A DNA stretch of 64,000 nucleotides from contig CATNEN010000035.1 of assembly GCA_950097015.1 (NCBI GenBank), forward strand, positions 744,001 through 808,000. Direction: 5' to 3'. Below the pieces are notes generated by a model that was not told where the DNA came from, did not search any database, and saw only the letters and a list, made by a program, of their open reading frames with translations. This DNA is from Macrostomum hystrix (taxonomy: Eukaryota > Animalia > Platyhelminthes). Positions within the stretch are counted from its first letter, which is position 1. The number at the start of each line of letters is the position of its first letter. A program made the translations under genes and the position numbers. Shown here piece by piece: positions 11,313 to 23,532 of this stretch.

Positions 11313-13189
11313 TTTTTTTTAATTGAATTTTACTTACTTTTACATGACTTTTGCGTCACATTTTGTGTGCAAGTGTGTGTTTATACTGTTTGTGTTTTCT
11401 ATAACTAGCTAAAGTAGCTATAGCTAGTGATAGTGACTACTGACTAGTTTAGTTTAGTGACTGACTATGACTACTGACTGTGACTGACTGTCGTGACTGG
11501 GTGACTAGTCTCTCAAATCTCCAGCGATGAAAGTGAAAACCTTTCTAAAGCTTTCCTTCTCTGCCCTAAACAATGCACGAATTAACAAAACAATTTTGTA
11601 TGTCAATACGACAAGGGACTAGTCAGTTACTCACACAGGACAGAATTGAAGCTTGCAAAATAAGAAACCAATAATTTTCCCTCTCTATTTTTCAGTGACA
11701 CGTGACAGACAGTTAGCAAAGTGTTTTGGGAACGGGAGTATTGAGTATACGTATGGTATGCACGGTACTATCATAGCATATCTTACTTTTGCATGAGTGG
11801 TATCTGGCACTGGCAGTCTGGACAAATGCCCAAATATATTGATATATATGCACACGGTAGCTAGATCTATCTCTGTACCGTGTCCGTACTACCGTATAAT
11901 CATGAAAATGATACAAAAAGACAGTTTTAGGATACAAAATGCGTGCATTTACATTTTGTAAGCAGTCGTTATGTAAGAAATAAGTTTTTTTGGGCGAAAG
12001 TTAATTTTTCAACGATTTCTGCGTTACTTTTTGCCAAAAGCGAAATCGCTAACCGTTAATCGTTAGTTTTTTTCACCAGTTAGAGTTAACTTCTTAACTA
12101 GCTGTTAACGAAGTTATGTTTTTCATTAACGATGCCCAACACTGGTTACAGTAAGGTGACCACGGACTCAGCAAAGTTGACTGAAAATGGTTCCCAAATA
12201 TCTTTATAAATATGAAATTGATTTAATCGTCTGCGAATTTTGAATATTAGTTCACCAAATTTTGAAGGAGTAAAAGACAATCAGGCTCAGACTAATCTAT
12301 TGGATCGCGAAGTTACGCAAGGTTTAGCGCAATATATCAAACCATAATATATATTTTTTGTCTTACTTCTCTAAATGAGCTTTATTAATGCAATAATTAA
12401 AGCCTAAAATAGCAGTTCAAAATTTTGCTAAATAGTCACTCAACCAGATTATTTTATTGCATCATTTAACTACGAAATTTAAATTAAGTAAAAAATAGAA
12501 GAATCTATTACATTTATCGTGAAACCAGCTGTCCGCGCCCGTTAGTAGTGTTAGAGCGTTGTGTGATAAGTTAAGGAATAATTATCACTGCAGCTTACTA
12601 AAACAAGCTTTTATTCAGCAATTATTTTAGAAAGATGGATATTGACTCGAGTAGTGGTGTTTCGATGTAAGTAACGATTTCTTATCAACGACAATTCAAA
12701 CATTTTCTGAAGTTAAATATTGTCATATTTTATTATATAGATGTTATTTCGTTCTAAGTATTTTAGTATATCATATGCTTATGCTAGTTTTGTTAATAAA
12801 ATTCTGTGCGCATTTTATCATTTAATAATCAATAGCCCAGATACACAATCACTCATTAATTTTTAGCTAGCATTTAGCATTGACTTTTTGTGAAAAGCTA
12901 CCTAGCTACATACTTTCAAGGGTCTAGACAAAATATTTTTTTCCCTTCTAGCTTTTGCTCAGAATCAAATCCCTGCTCGGAATTAGGAGATATTGTCTAA
13001 TGCACAGATTCCCCTTAGCTAGGCCTACACTACTGGCTACTTTCCTTTTTGTTTTTTTAATTAGACAAGGTACAGGCTATAGGCCTATAGGCTTTTTAAA
13101 AAACTATCCTTTTTTCGAATATACTATATATAATATATATATTTCAATATATAATTGAAAAGTGTCTATCAATTAGCTATACTAGAAAT

Positions 13190-13437
13190 CATACATGCGC
13201 AATCTCCCAAATCTTAGCCAGCCGTGTGACTTAGTTTTTGCTCTATTTACAACTTAGTTTGCTCTCATTTGCTCTCTTTTTCTCCCTTTTTTCCTTTTCT
13301 TCATGCCTTCCTTTTTTATCCCTTGGTCCCCCTTTGATTTTTTTGCGCTTGGTTGATTGGTTTTTGCGACTTACCCTGCTTGGCCCTCGTTTCACCTGGC
13401 TGCTTCGGCTGGGTTGGCCGGGTGTTGCGCATGTATG
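13190..13437. mobile_element. 248-bp hAT-type MITE
   Basis: 13-bp TIR CATACATGCGCAA / TTGCGCATGTATG; exact 8-bp TSD CTAGAAAT at 13182-13189 and 13438-13445. Confidence 0.85.
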
Positions 13438-13999
13438 CTAGAAATTTTAACTATTTATGACATAATTTTCATTGTCATTGTTAAATTAATGCAAGGACAT
13501 TTTTGTGATTCTTTTGGCAACAAAGATTCTTTTGGCTCTTATTTATTCATATTAACATATCTTATAATTTGCTAAAATTTGTTAACATTAAAACAAATGA
13601 TTAAACAGTGCAGCCTTATGACTTGCATAGAATTAGCTAAATGGGTTGCAAACTTGCAATATAGATAGTTAACAGAAAACTATTCTCAAATGTTTTAAGT
13701 GATTTACATTTGCTATTATACCACTCTGTATAGGAACTACATATTTATCTATGAGTTCTAATCAGTCTCTCTAAAAAATCTAATTGAATCATAACAATTT
13801 TTGTTACAATACAGGAGGAATGTTATCTACATCAATGCCTTTCCCTTATCCTGACCTTAATTTATAACTTTTATTGGCGTCTGCTTCAACCTATATCTGG
13901 CTTTTTCATGTTTCTATAAATTATATAGGTCTTTCTGCTTTTCTGCACTCATTCATAAAAGTAGTTTTCTCACTATTGTGAGATGTCTCACCTCATTAT

Positions 14000-14328
14000 T
14001 ATCAGTCTCATCATTTAGCTGTTATTCTCAGTCTCATCTGTCAGCTGTTATATTCTCAGTCCCATCTGTCAGCTGTTATATTCTCAGTCTCATCTGTCAG
14101 CTGTTATATTCTCAGTCCCATCTGTCAGCTGTTATATTCTCAGTCTCATCTGTCAGCTGTTATATTCTCAGTCCCATCTGTCAGCTGTTATATTCTCAGT
14201 CTCATCTGTCAGCTGTTATATTCTCAGTCTCATCTGTCAGCTGTTATATTCTCAGTCTCATCTGTCAGCTGTTATATTCTCAGTCTCATCTGTCAGCTGT
14301 TATATTCTCAGTCTCATCTGTCAGCTGT
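14000..14328. repeat. 28-bp minisatellite (CTGTTATATTCTCAGTCTCATCTGTCAG)
   Basis: CTGTT at 14101 and 14129; about 11 copies. Confidence 0.95.
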
Positions 14329-14413
14329 CAAATTTTTATTATTAGAATTACATACATTGAGAGTCCTAGGGCCTGCATAATTCAGCCAGTAACCATGCAA
14401 GCATTGGCTATAG

Positions 14414-15667
14414 AAAAAGTCCCCCTCGCTATCCCGAACTAACCTCGGGAGGTCGTCGGCAAGCAGTCTGGCGTCATTGACGACAGACGTCGACGACCGC
14501 CTGTCAGTGTCGTCGCATTCGACAATGGATCCGCCGCGTCCTCTGGGCCTGGCCGCGATGCGTAGACTTCGGCCGAAACGCCCGTTGCCTAGGCAACAAC
14601 AACAGCAGCAGCAGCAGCACTCTGGCGGCAGCGCGTTCGGAAAGCCAGGCAAGCGTTGGAAGCGTCGCCAGGTAAACGAAGCCTACCTTCACAGCCTAGC
14701 AACCGTTGCCGAGGTAACTGATGAAGACGTGTCCGGCTGCGCGTGGCCGGAGTCGCCCCTTTCGAATCTGTTCATTGACCCGGCCCAGATGCGGGCCTGG
14801 CGACAATTCGCCGAGCTCAACGACGAGCAGCAGGCAGAATTTCTGGCCAAAGCCGGCCGCGAAGCTGTCGACGACGCTGAAGAAATTGCTGAACTGGCCG
14901 AGGACTCCGAGCTGAAAGCCGTGCTGGTGCAGCCGACGGGCCGCTCGCTCTCGTCAGGCCAGGCCTGGGGCCGTCTGAGCGACACCTGTCGCGACTTCGC
15001 TCTGCGCCGAGCCCTGCCTGGCAGCAGGTTCCACGCCGAGCTGGACAGAGTCGAGCGCGAACTGCGCGACCTGTTCCAGGTGCGAATTTTTACCCTTTTG
15101 TTTTGCTTTGAACCCGTAACAGGTAGGTCTGAGGTTCGAAATTTCAACCTCTTAATTTAATTCTTTAATTTCAATGTTAGTGTTTAGCACTTTGTACTGT
15201 ACAGTGTCTTTTTTAAGCAGAGTTCCGTGTTTCCTACCCTCTACAAGCTGAAGCACTAGGAAATTAATTATTTGACCAAATGTTACAATTTGTCTAAACC
15301 TTGGGCTGAGATGCGAACTCCCGATCTTCAGTCTGTCAGACTCCTTATGAAATTGAATTACTAATCACACACGCAGGACGGCTGCGCCCCGTTCGCCGAC
15401 TGGATTAGCAGTCCGTTGTCACCGTGCGATCGCTTGGTTGTACACAGCGCCGCCAGCTTCCTAGGCCTCCAGTCGGCCTCGGAGACTGTCGATAAGCACT
15501 CGCTGAGCCAGCGGAGCGTCTGCGTTCGACGCTGGCCGAATCGGCAGTTCAGACCGCCCGTTGGCAGCCTCACTGGCCACCTGGCCGATTTGAGAGGCCG
15601 CCGAGAGAGGGCCCTGCTCATGCGGGCCGCCAATTGGTTTCAACAGCCCGGCTTCAGCCTGGCCTAA
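14414..15667 (+). CDS. R3HDM4: R3H-domain-containing protein 4-like; exons ~14414-15079 and 15377-15667; 5' end uncertain (first in-frame ATG at 14525)
   Basis: GKRWKRRQVNEAYLHSL, AWRQFAELNDEQQAEFL and DRLVVHSAASFLGLQSAS follow the R3HDM4 layout (R3H-associated N-terminal domain, then a degenerate R3H). Phase-0 intron CAG|GTGCGA ... CGCAG|GAC. Confidence 0.7.
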
Positions 15668-15876
15668 TGATTTGTTTTAGTTGAGATTTTCGAATTGGCG
15701 CCAGAATGTAAAACAATTTTTAGTGTTTCTACATTTTGTGTGGCTAGAAAAACTTGTATGTTTGTTTTCAAATATTTTATGGGATATTTTATGTTATTTT
15801 ATGGGATAATCTCAACTTCCTCTCTAAATTGTACACACACCCCAAAATTTGTGCGCGCTGCTGTGCTTTTGCCAAG

Positions 15877-16100
15877 GACAGTAGACCCGCAAAGCAGCGA
15901 GGCGTTTCATCCCATTTCGCTGACTCCTGAGCACTCACGTACACAGATACCGTACGCAGGAACACGCTCACACAGGTGTGTACATCTGCCCCGACTTTCT
16001 CATCGTCAGGCAGTGTACACTCTCATTGTACCTTGGAGTTTGGCCCTCTGCAAGGTCGTAAATTGCCCGGGAATCGAGCTCAGGGACCTTGGTCACTCTC
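15877..16100 (-). mobile_element. tRNA-derived SINE family A
   Basis: Homologous to 17903-18146 and 36962-37267 (CCCATTTCGCTGACTCCTG, GACTTTCTCATCGTCAGGC); B-box-like head GGAATCGAGCTCAGGGACC on the reverse strand. Confidence 0.75.
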
Positions 16101-17339
16101 CTGAGGGTTGTAAAAGCACCCCGGCAGAATAGTTTGTTTTGTTTTTTTGGCGCGAATTCAAAATTTACGGATTTTGCTGTAACGAAAACTGGGCTCATTT
16201 AAATTAGTCGATTTTTTACTTTAAAAAACTTCAGTTTTTAGTCTACTAAAACCATTTGTAGTCTTAGGTTGATGTTCTACGCTCGTACAATTGCTTGATC
16301 GTTGGTGTTCTGTTTTAAACTGGTTTTGTCTTGGATTTTATATTTGTTTTTAGTTTAAAAACTACACTTAAGTCTGAGCTTATGTGGCTCCTGTTGTTTT
16401 TAAATCGTCAGTTTTTTGTTTTAATTATTGCTGCTTGACAATAAAATCTCGTGGTCTCTACTCGCGCCATGAGTAAGGAGTAATAAATTCATTTTTATTA
16501 TAATTAGGCTTTTGCAAATCTTGAATTACAGTTTTCATCTCCAGGTAGGTAGCTATAGTTGGGGTCCGTTAATATCAATATTTAGTGTGTACATTTTTTT
16601 ACATTTTAGTTATTTGTGTGCTCTTTATATGATGTTTGCCCATATTTTAGTGAAGTAGAGTGCATAACTATCTACTTGACTATTTCATTGATTGCTTACC
16701 GAATTGTCCTCTGCTGTTGGGGTGCAGGTAACTCATTAACTGAATATCATCGTCAGTTTATCCTTCGCAAATATAACAGATCCACACTTTTCATCATTTT
16801 AATTCAATAAGATTTCAATTAGAAATTCTTTCTGTTAAGCGTAATTATTTCATTGAGAAATGATGACACTCAGTGATGATTTTGCAAGGTAAGTAGCTCA
16901 CGTGAACATCGAGATATTCAATGATTCTGACAGAAGGTTCACTTCTTTGAACCTTGAACCTTGGTTCAAGTCTCACTCATCAAGCCCTTGAAAGTACAAT
17001 AAACAAGTTTCAATAGAAAGAAGCTTCGCTTTCACACTGCTATCGTAAAATTTATACGCATGCGACAGCTATTTCTAGTCAGACTGGCCTCATACACGCC
17101 GCACTTGACTGCGGGCAATAGCAACCAGGCCTCCCTTATCGCTTTGATTTACAACTATTGTATATGAGATGCAAAATTGTTGGTTCTCTGCAATTCTATT
17201 CGGTGTGCAATGAAGCTTCAGGACTTGTGTGATTGTGTGCTCAATACTTTTAGCCAGATAAAGCAGACCGCATATCGTTGGGATTTATAGGGCAGACCGA
17301 TCTTCAGACCAGCACACTCGGCCCCGCATCCACTGGACA

Positions 17340-18913
17340 ATGCCCCTAGTCATCTTCGAGGCTACCTGTTTTCCGCGCGTCAACGCAGCGAACCTCAGTC
17401 AGAGCCCGGCCAACATCGCCCTGCCACCTATCGAAGACGCCTCATCCTCCCCTCTGCCGTTGATCATGCTGACGCTGCAGATTCTTGTTGGTCTGCTCTG
17501 CGGCGGCGGCGCTAACCTTCTGGCCATTCGCCTGCTGCTCCTGCGAGGCGGCGCCGGCGACAGCACATTCTGGTTCTCCGCCAGCTGGCTGTGCGGCCTC
17601 GGCTTGCCAGCGCAGCTGGTGAACTCGCTGGACAGCCTGGTGCACGTGATCGCCGCCTATCCCGCACTGCTGCCCAGCCCTGCCTACTACTCTGCGGTGG
17701 CGCACCTGCACGCACTCATTTCTCCGTTGCAGGTGCGAATAATAATAGCCCTCAGCCCTCAAGGCTTCATGTCTTTACCCAAACCCAAAAAGAAATCATG
17801 CGATTGATGAAGGCCATTAAGCAAATAATGATATTTTTAACACCGAATCTACACATGCAAGATCTGATTTAAGTCCAGTGTATAAATTTGCCTTCAGGGC
17901 GGCGGTGGGGTGGCACACCGGTCTAACGCGTCTAGTCTCTCGTAACAAACAATCCCTGAGCTCGATTCCGCGGCGAGGCCACGTTCATTTGGGACACAGC
18001 CGCGGAGAGAAGGCTTGGGGGCTTGTTGTGCAATGGTACACGGCGTGACGATGGTCAGGGCAGATGTACACACCTGTGTGAGTGTGTGCCCAGGAGTCAG
18101 CGAAATGGGTAGAATCGACTCCTCGCTGGTCGCGGGTCTAGTGTCACAAATGATTTGCCATTGCCATCAGCCCACCTGCAATTATTGTTACTTTTATTAG
18201 CCTTGGGGGTCACGCACTTTATCCACCGTCAGGTATGGCTTGACTCGGCACAGACCTGCCTGACCGTGGCTTTAGTGGCCGCTCGCTTCGTTGACGTCGC
18301 ATCGACTTTAACTGGTCGCAGAAGCCGGCTGCGTCGACGAGTCTCGCGCTGGTTGGTAGCCTCCAGTTGCTGTCTGATTGCCTGCGTCGGCTCAGGACGC
18401 AGCCTTGCCGTGCTGCGCACCGTGTTCTGCCCGGCAGGCCTGCGGGTCGCGTACACCTACGATATGCTGCCCGAGAGCATCTCCAACGCATGGCTCTACG
18501 CATTTCGTCTGGCGGGTCCCATGGGTCTCTGCCTGACATTCAATCTCCTGCTGGTCGCTGCCACCATCCGTCGACTCCGGCGCAGTCGTCGACGTCTGCG
18601 CCTGGCCGAAGCTCGCGTTTTCAACGCCCGCCTGTCCCGCGGCGGCCGCTGCACCATCATGGCCCTGCTCTACAGCCTGATCTACCTGCTGTGCCAGGCC
18701 CCAATCCTGCTGTGGGAGTTCTCGCGACTGTTGCTGCAGCAGCAACTGGCCGCTCTCCTGCTTCTGCTGGGTGGCAACCTGGCTGTCTCGCTGAACGCGG
18801 CAGTGAACGCGCTCATCTGCGCCCTTCTGAGCCGTCGGGCACGATCGGAAGCTGCCGCCTGCCTCAGAGCAGCAGCGTTAGGACAGCGAAAGGCGCGGAT
18901 GAACAGCCGGTAG
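17340..18913 (+). CDS. Class A GPCR, FMRFamide/peptide-receptor-like; exons 17340-17732 and 18233-18913 (357 aa)
   Basis: Seven hydrophobic segments. The spliced TM3 ISPLQ|VWLDSAQTCLTVALVAARF resembles the AQTxxxWLTVxxxxERY pattern; TM6 LYSLIYLLCQAP and TM7 NAAVNALIC. Phase-0 GT-AG intron. Confidence 0.75.
17903..18146 (+). mobile_element. tRNA-derived SINE family A, in the GPCR intron
   Basis: A-box-like GGTGGCACACCGGTCTAA and B-box-like GAGCTCGATTCC; body shared with two other copies. Confidence 0.8.
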
Positions 18914-19619
18914 CAGCAGCAGCCGCATTCTCTACACCGGACGGAGAGGCTGAATGGGCGCGTACCTCGCCGTGGATTTCACATTGCAGTTGGAGATGCC
19001 AAGCAAAACAGCCATGGCCGGAGAGGACCATTCACTGAGTGTATTTATGTCCCAGCGGCTCCGTTAATACCGGCAATAAAAAGTTATTGATGTTTAGGCG
19101 TTTTACGTGCGTAAAATAGTTACAAAGCTCGTCTTATAAAAAAATGTACCAAGATTTGCGTCGTCTTTAAATACTTGAACAAAAAAAATTGCTAATACAA
19201 TTAACTCGCGATAATTTCCGGTCTCAAACATTTCCGCTACGAGCAGATGCAGCTTACTTGATGATTCAATAGTCCATGGACATGCTTTGAAAAGATTGGC
19301 CGATCAGGACTGCCCCAAGACAGGGTTTGTCTGAAATGCCTTTGAAATCACTCAAGTTGATTAATTTTGTTTAACCTGCACATGTCGTAGCCGACTTGTT
19401 TGCTAGTGAATATCGATGTTAAAAATGTTCTTTCTATGCAGAGAAACCCGAGTCTAATAATCCTCTCGCAATTGTGTGACTAAGCAGTGATTGGACGGAC
19501 AAACGGAGCGAAGAGACGGCGAGACAACCAAAGTAAAAGAAACTTAAAATGATGCTTGAAGCCTTCACCTAGCAACATCTGCTTCGGTTTCGTCCACAGA
19601 CCCACAAATAATTCCAGCC

Positions 19620-21150
19620 ATGCAGCAGAGCCCGTCATCTAACACGTCCGACTATTCCTATGACAACTCGCAGGTCTTTGAAAGCATCCTGAGATACGCG
19701 AAAAACCGCCCTGTGAACGGTGTGCAGCTGGTGGCTGCTCTCACGTCATTCTTCTCCAACTCGCTCACCATCTACTGCGTGTCCAGCTCCTGCAACCTCA
19801 GAGTGAAGTCCTTCTACATCCTGGTGGCCAATCTCGCTGTCGCCGACGCTTGGCTGGCCGCTGCCTACATCTACTTGACAACGAGGCGTTTCTATGACGA
19901 CTTAGCTGAACTTGGAAACCTGAGAACAAGGCTTCAATGCCTGACTGATGTCGCACCTCTGATGCTGGGCATCGTCGGATCGATCGTGTTCACCTTGGCC
20001 ACCTGCTTCGATCGTACGTTCGCGGTGCTCGCACCGCACCTGTACAGTCGCAAGCGGGGCGCCTACCCCTGGCCGCTGGTGCCAGTCGCCTGGTTTTGCG
20101 CCCTGGCTGACGTGACCGCCTTGTCGCTATCGCTGGACAATCCGACCAGGATTACCACAATGTGCACCATCGTAGAGGTATCCGGTGAAGTGTACACCGC
20201 CTGGAACCTGGCTTCGACTCTTGTCTACAGTTGTCTAGCGATGGTGTTCAGTGTGATCTGTGCCGTCCGCATCTGGCAAATGATCCGGCGTCGTGGAGCT
20301 CTGGCCTCATCTCAGGAGCTGCTGGATAGTGTGCGCAGTGTGATCATCGTCGGCACCCTGGTGTTCTGCACTCAGGTGGGCTCGAGAATCGCTCTGCTGT
20401 ACATTGTGCAGCTGCCCAGGAGCCAGCGTTCTGCCTACAGCAGCCTGGCCCGACTGCCGCAGCTGCTGTGCGGCGCCGCGAACTTCTGGGTCCACCTATT
20501 CAGGTCGGGCGTCTTCCGTCGGGAGGTTCTGGCCCGCCTCGGCGTGGCCAGTCGCTGCATCAGCTCTGTAAGCTGGGAGGCTCGATTCTCCATGTTTCTG
20601 TGTTGCACCATGTCCAAAACTTTTGCCAGCAGTGTCGAGATGCTTGGTTGTCTGCTAGGGTCTTTGTCTTTTTACTGCTAATTGGCGTTTCAGATACTGT
20701 AATTTCAACTTGCTCAGTCAGTTCTCACCCAAGAAATCCTCACAGTGACACAGTTTTCACACCTTCTCTCCACTTTTCTTTGAAAGGAAACTGTGATAAG
20801 CAGTTATTTTTACCATATTGTTCCACTGTCTCCACTGTAATTGGAAAGCTATACGCCCTGAAGGCAGTGACTTCATACCCAGCAATAAGTTAGCTGTGCT
20901 CAAATTGTCAAGCTAACTGGACAATTAAGCAGTCAGAGCCAGCGCCGACACGAATGTTGGCCTATTCGGTCCTATGATAAGTGACAGTTATTGTACTGGG
21001 TATCATTGGCTATTCTCACAGCTTGCTTGTTAATTGGTCTTGTCGGCTATAATCTTTTTTTGAGCACTTTCTTCTAATAGCTTTCTTCTAATCACCTGAG
21101 CAATTTGTTAAAACAAGGACTATTTTTACTTTCAGGTGGATGCCGAATAG
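19620..21150 (+). CDS. Divergent 7TM receptor, cluster copy 1; exons 19620-20567 and 21136-21150 (tail VDAE); unspliced ORF ends at 20681
   Basis: TM2 ILVANLAVAD, TM3 CFDRTFAV, TM7 ANFWVHLFRSGVFRREV. Donor TCT|GTAAGC, acceptor TTTTACTTTCAG|GTG GAT GCC GAA TAG. Confidence 0.85.
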
Positions 21151-21609
21151 ACGAGCCACAATCAGTGAGCAGTTTTCTCTGGAGACGATGAAAATCTAAC
21201 ACGTCTAACACAATCTAACACATATTTTAACACGTTAAAATATTTAGTCGCTTAACTATTAGTCGTACGTTTTAGACTGCTCAGAAGTATTCGCTTGTAC
21301 GCTTCAAAGTCTGCACTATAATACAATAATAGTATTATCAATATTAATAGTTATTTTCCTTTGTCTTTTGTCAGAATTTCAGTCTAAAGAATTTTTTACT
21401 TCATATGAATAAAAAATATTTTCAAGCACGTTGATAGGCTTATGAGATGGTTAAAAGTTTGAGTTCTCACTCTAGGATCTATGCGTAGTCACTTCGATTG
21501 CTAATTAGAAAGCGAATTATAGTATTATTATTTATTTCCACAAATATACTCGTACAGGCTTCTGCATAGTGGTTCGTTCATTTCTTGTTTTGTTCGCAAT
21601 TAAGATAAT

Positions 21610-23055
21610 GAGTAGAGGCTCTGATCACTCCAAGAAAAGAGCAGAGGCTCTGATCACTCCAAGAAAAGAGCAGAGGTTCCGATCACTCCAAGAAAAGAGC
21701 AGAGGCTCCGATCACTCCAAGAAAGAAGCAGAGGTTCTGATCACTCCAAGAAAAGAGCAGAGGTTCTGATCACTCCAAGAAAAGAGCAGAGGTTCCGATC
21801 ACTCCAAGAAAAGAGCAGAGGCTCTGATCACTCCAAGAAAAGAGCAGAGGCTCTGATCACTCCAAGAAAGGAGCAGAGGTTCTGATCACTCCAAGAAAAG
21901 AGCAGAGGTTCTGATCACTCCAAGAAAGGAGCAGAGGTTCTGATCACTCCAAGAAAGAAGCAGAGGTTCTGATCACTCCAAGAAAAGAGCAGAGGTTCTG
22001 ATCACTCCAAGAAAAGAGCAGAGGCTCTGATCACTCCAAGAAAAGAGCAGAGGCTCTGATCACTCCAAGAAAGGAGCAGAGGTTCTGATCACTCCAAGAA
22101 AAGAGCAGAGGTTCTGATCACTCCAAGAAAGGAGCAGAGGTTCTGATCACTCCAAGAAAGAAGCAGAGGTTCTGATCACTCCAAGAAAAGAGCAGAGGTT
22201 CTGATCACTCCAAGAAAGGAGCAGAGGTTCTGATCACTCCAAGAAAAGAGCAGAGGCTCTGATCACTCCAAGAAAGAAGCAGAGGCTCTGATCACTCTCA
22301 GAAAAGAGCAGAGGTTCCGATCACTCCAAGAAAAGAGCAGAGGCTCTGATCACTCCAAGAAAGAAGCAGAGGCTCTGATCACTCCATGAAAAGAGCAGAG
22401 GCTCTGATCACTCCAAGAAAGGAGCAGAGGCTCTGATCACTCCAAGAAAAGAGCAGAGGCTCTGATCACTCCAAGAAAAGAGCAGAGGCTCTGATCACTC
22501 CAAGAAAAGAGCAGAGGCTCTGATCACTCCAAGAAAAGAGCAGAGGCTCTGATCACTCCAAGAAAAGAGCAGAGGCTCTGATCACTCCAAGAAAAGAGCA
22601 GAGGCTCTGATCACTCCAAGAAAGGAGCAGAGGCTCTGGTCACTCCAAGAAAAGAACAGAGGCTCTGATCACTCCAAGAAAAGAGCAGAGGCTCTGATCA
22701 CTCCAAGAAAGGAGCAGAGGTTCTGGTCACTCCACCAAATGAGCAGAGGCTCTGATCACTCCAAGAAAGGAGCAGAGGTTCTGGTCACTCCACCAAATGA
22801 GCAGGGTTCTGGTCACTCCACCAAATGAGCAGAGGTTCTGGTCACTCCACCAAATGAGCAGAGGTTCTGGTCACTCCACCAAATGAGCAGAGGTTCTGGT
22901 CGCTCCACCAAATGAGCAGAGGTTCTGGTCACTCCAAGAAAGGAGCAGAGGTTCTGGTCGCTCCACCAAATGAGCAGAGGTTCTGGTCACTCCACCAAAT
23001 GAGCAGGGTTCTGGTCACACCACCAAATGAGCAGAGGTTCTTGTCACTCCGCCAA
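21610..23055. repeat. 29-bp minisatellite (AGCAGAGGCTCTGATCACTCCAAGAAAAG) with a variant block at the 3' end
   Basis: GAGCAGAG at 21784 and 21813; variant unit ...CTCCACCAAAT from about 22730. Confidence 0.95.
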
Positions 23056-23532
23056 ATAATCAGTGATTGTGTTGATCTACCAATGGAACACTGATTGGAT
23101 TAAAAGCTAATGCCAAAACTAAAAGATAAATCGATTAAAATAGGCTGGGAAAACTAACAAGAAAATGAGTCGTATAATGATGATCTACTGATTGATAAAT
23201 TTTTACGCAAATTAGAAGCGTGACATGAAAAAAGTTTTTTGTTGAAATAATGACTTATCATAAAGCACGGTGGATAATTTGTATCGTTGAGTCACAACGA
23301 TGTAAATGAGTAAAAAATAACAAGCCCTAGTAGATATACGAATGGCGGAGATGAGCAGAAATGAAGACTGCCCATTACTCGTAAATGAAACAAACCACAC
23401 TGCATCATTATCCAAGTTTGCATCGGTCCCTGATTTGGTGGGCATTTCGCACGGATAATTATAAATAACGGCATGTTCAAGAATTCATCTGCCCAATTTT
23501 AAATTTCACTCGGACAAAAATATCTGTGTTTA

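Larger units (their letters stand above)
10600..12144 (+). mobile_element. Non-autonomous hAT DNA transposon (internal-deletion derivative)
   Basis: TIRs TAGTGTTGGGCAT / ATGCCCAACACTG; exact 8-bp TSD GTTACAGT at 10592-10599 and 12145-12152; subterminal GTTAAC/AAGTTA repeats; transposase remnant inside. Confidence 0.92.

Noticed and set aside
15975-16025. Hammerhead ribozyme or SECIS (CTGACGA...GAAA on the minus strand)
   Set aside because: No stem II, no stem III and no UH cleavage triplet; SECIS quartet geometry is not met and the element is not in a selenoprotein UTR.
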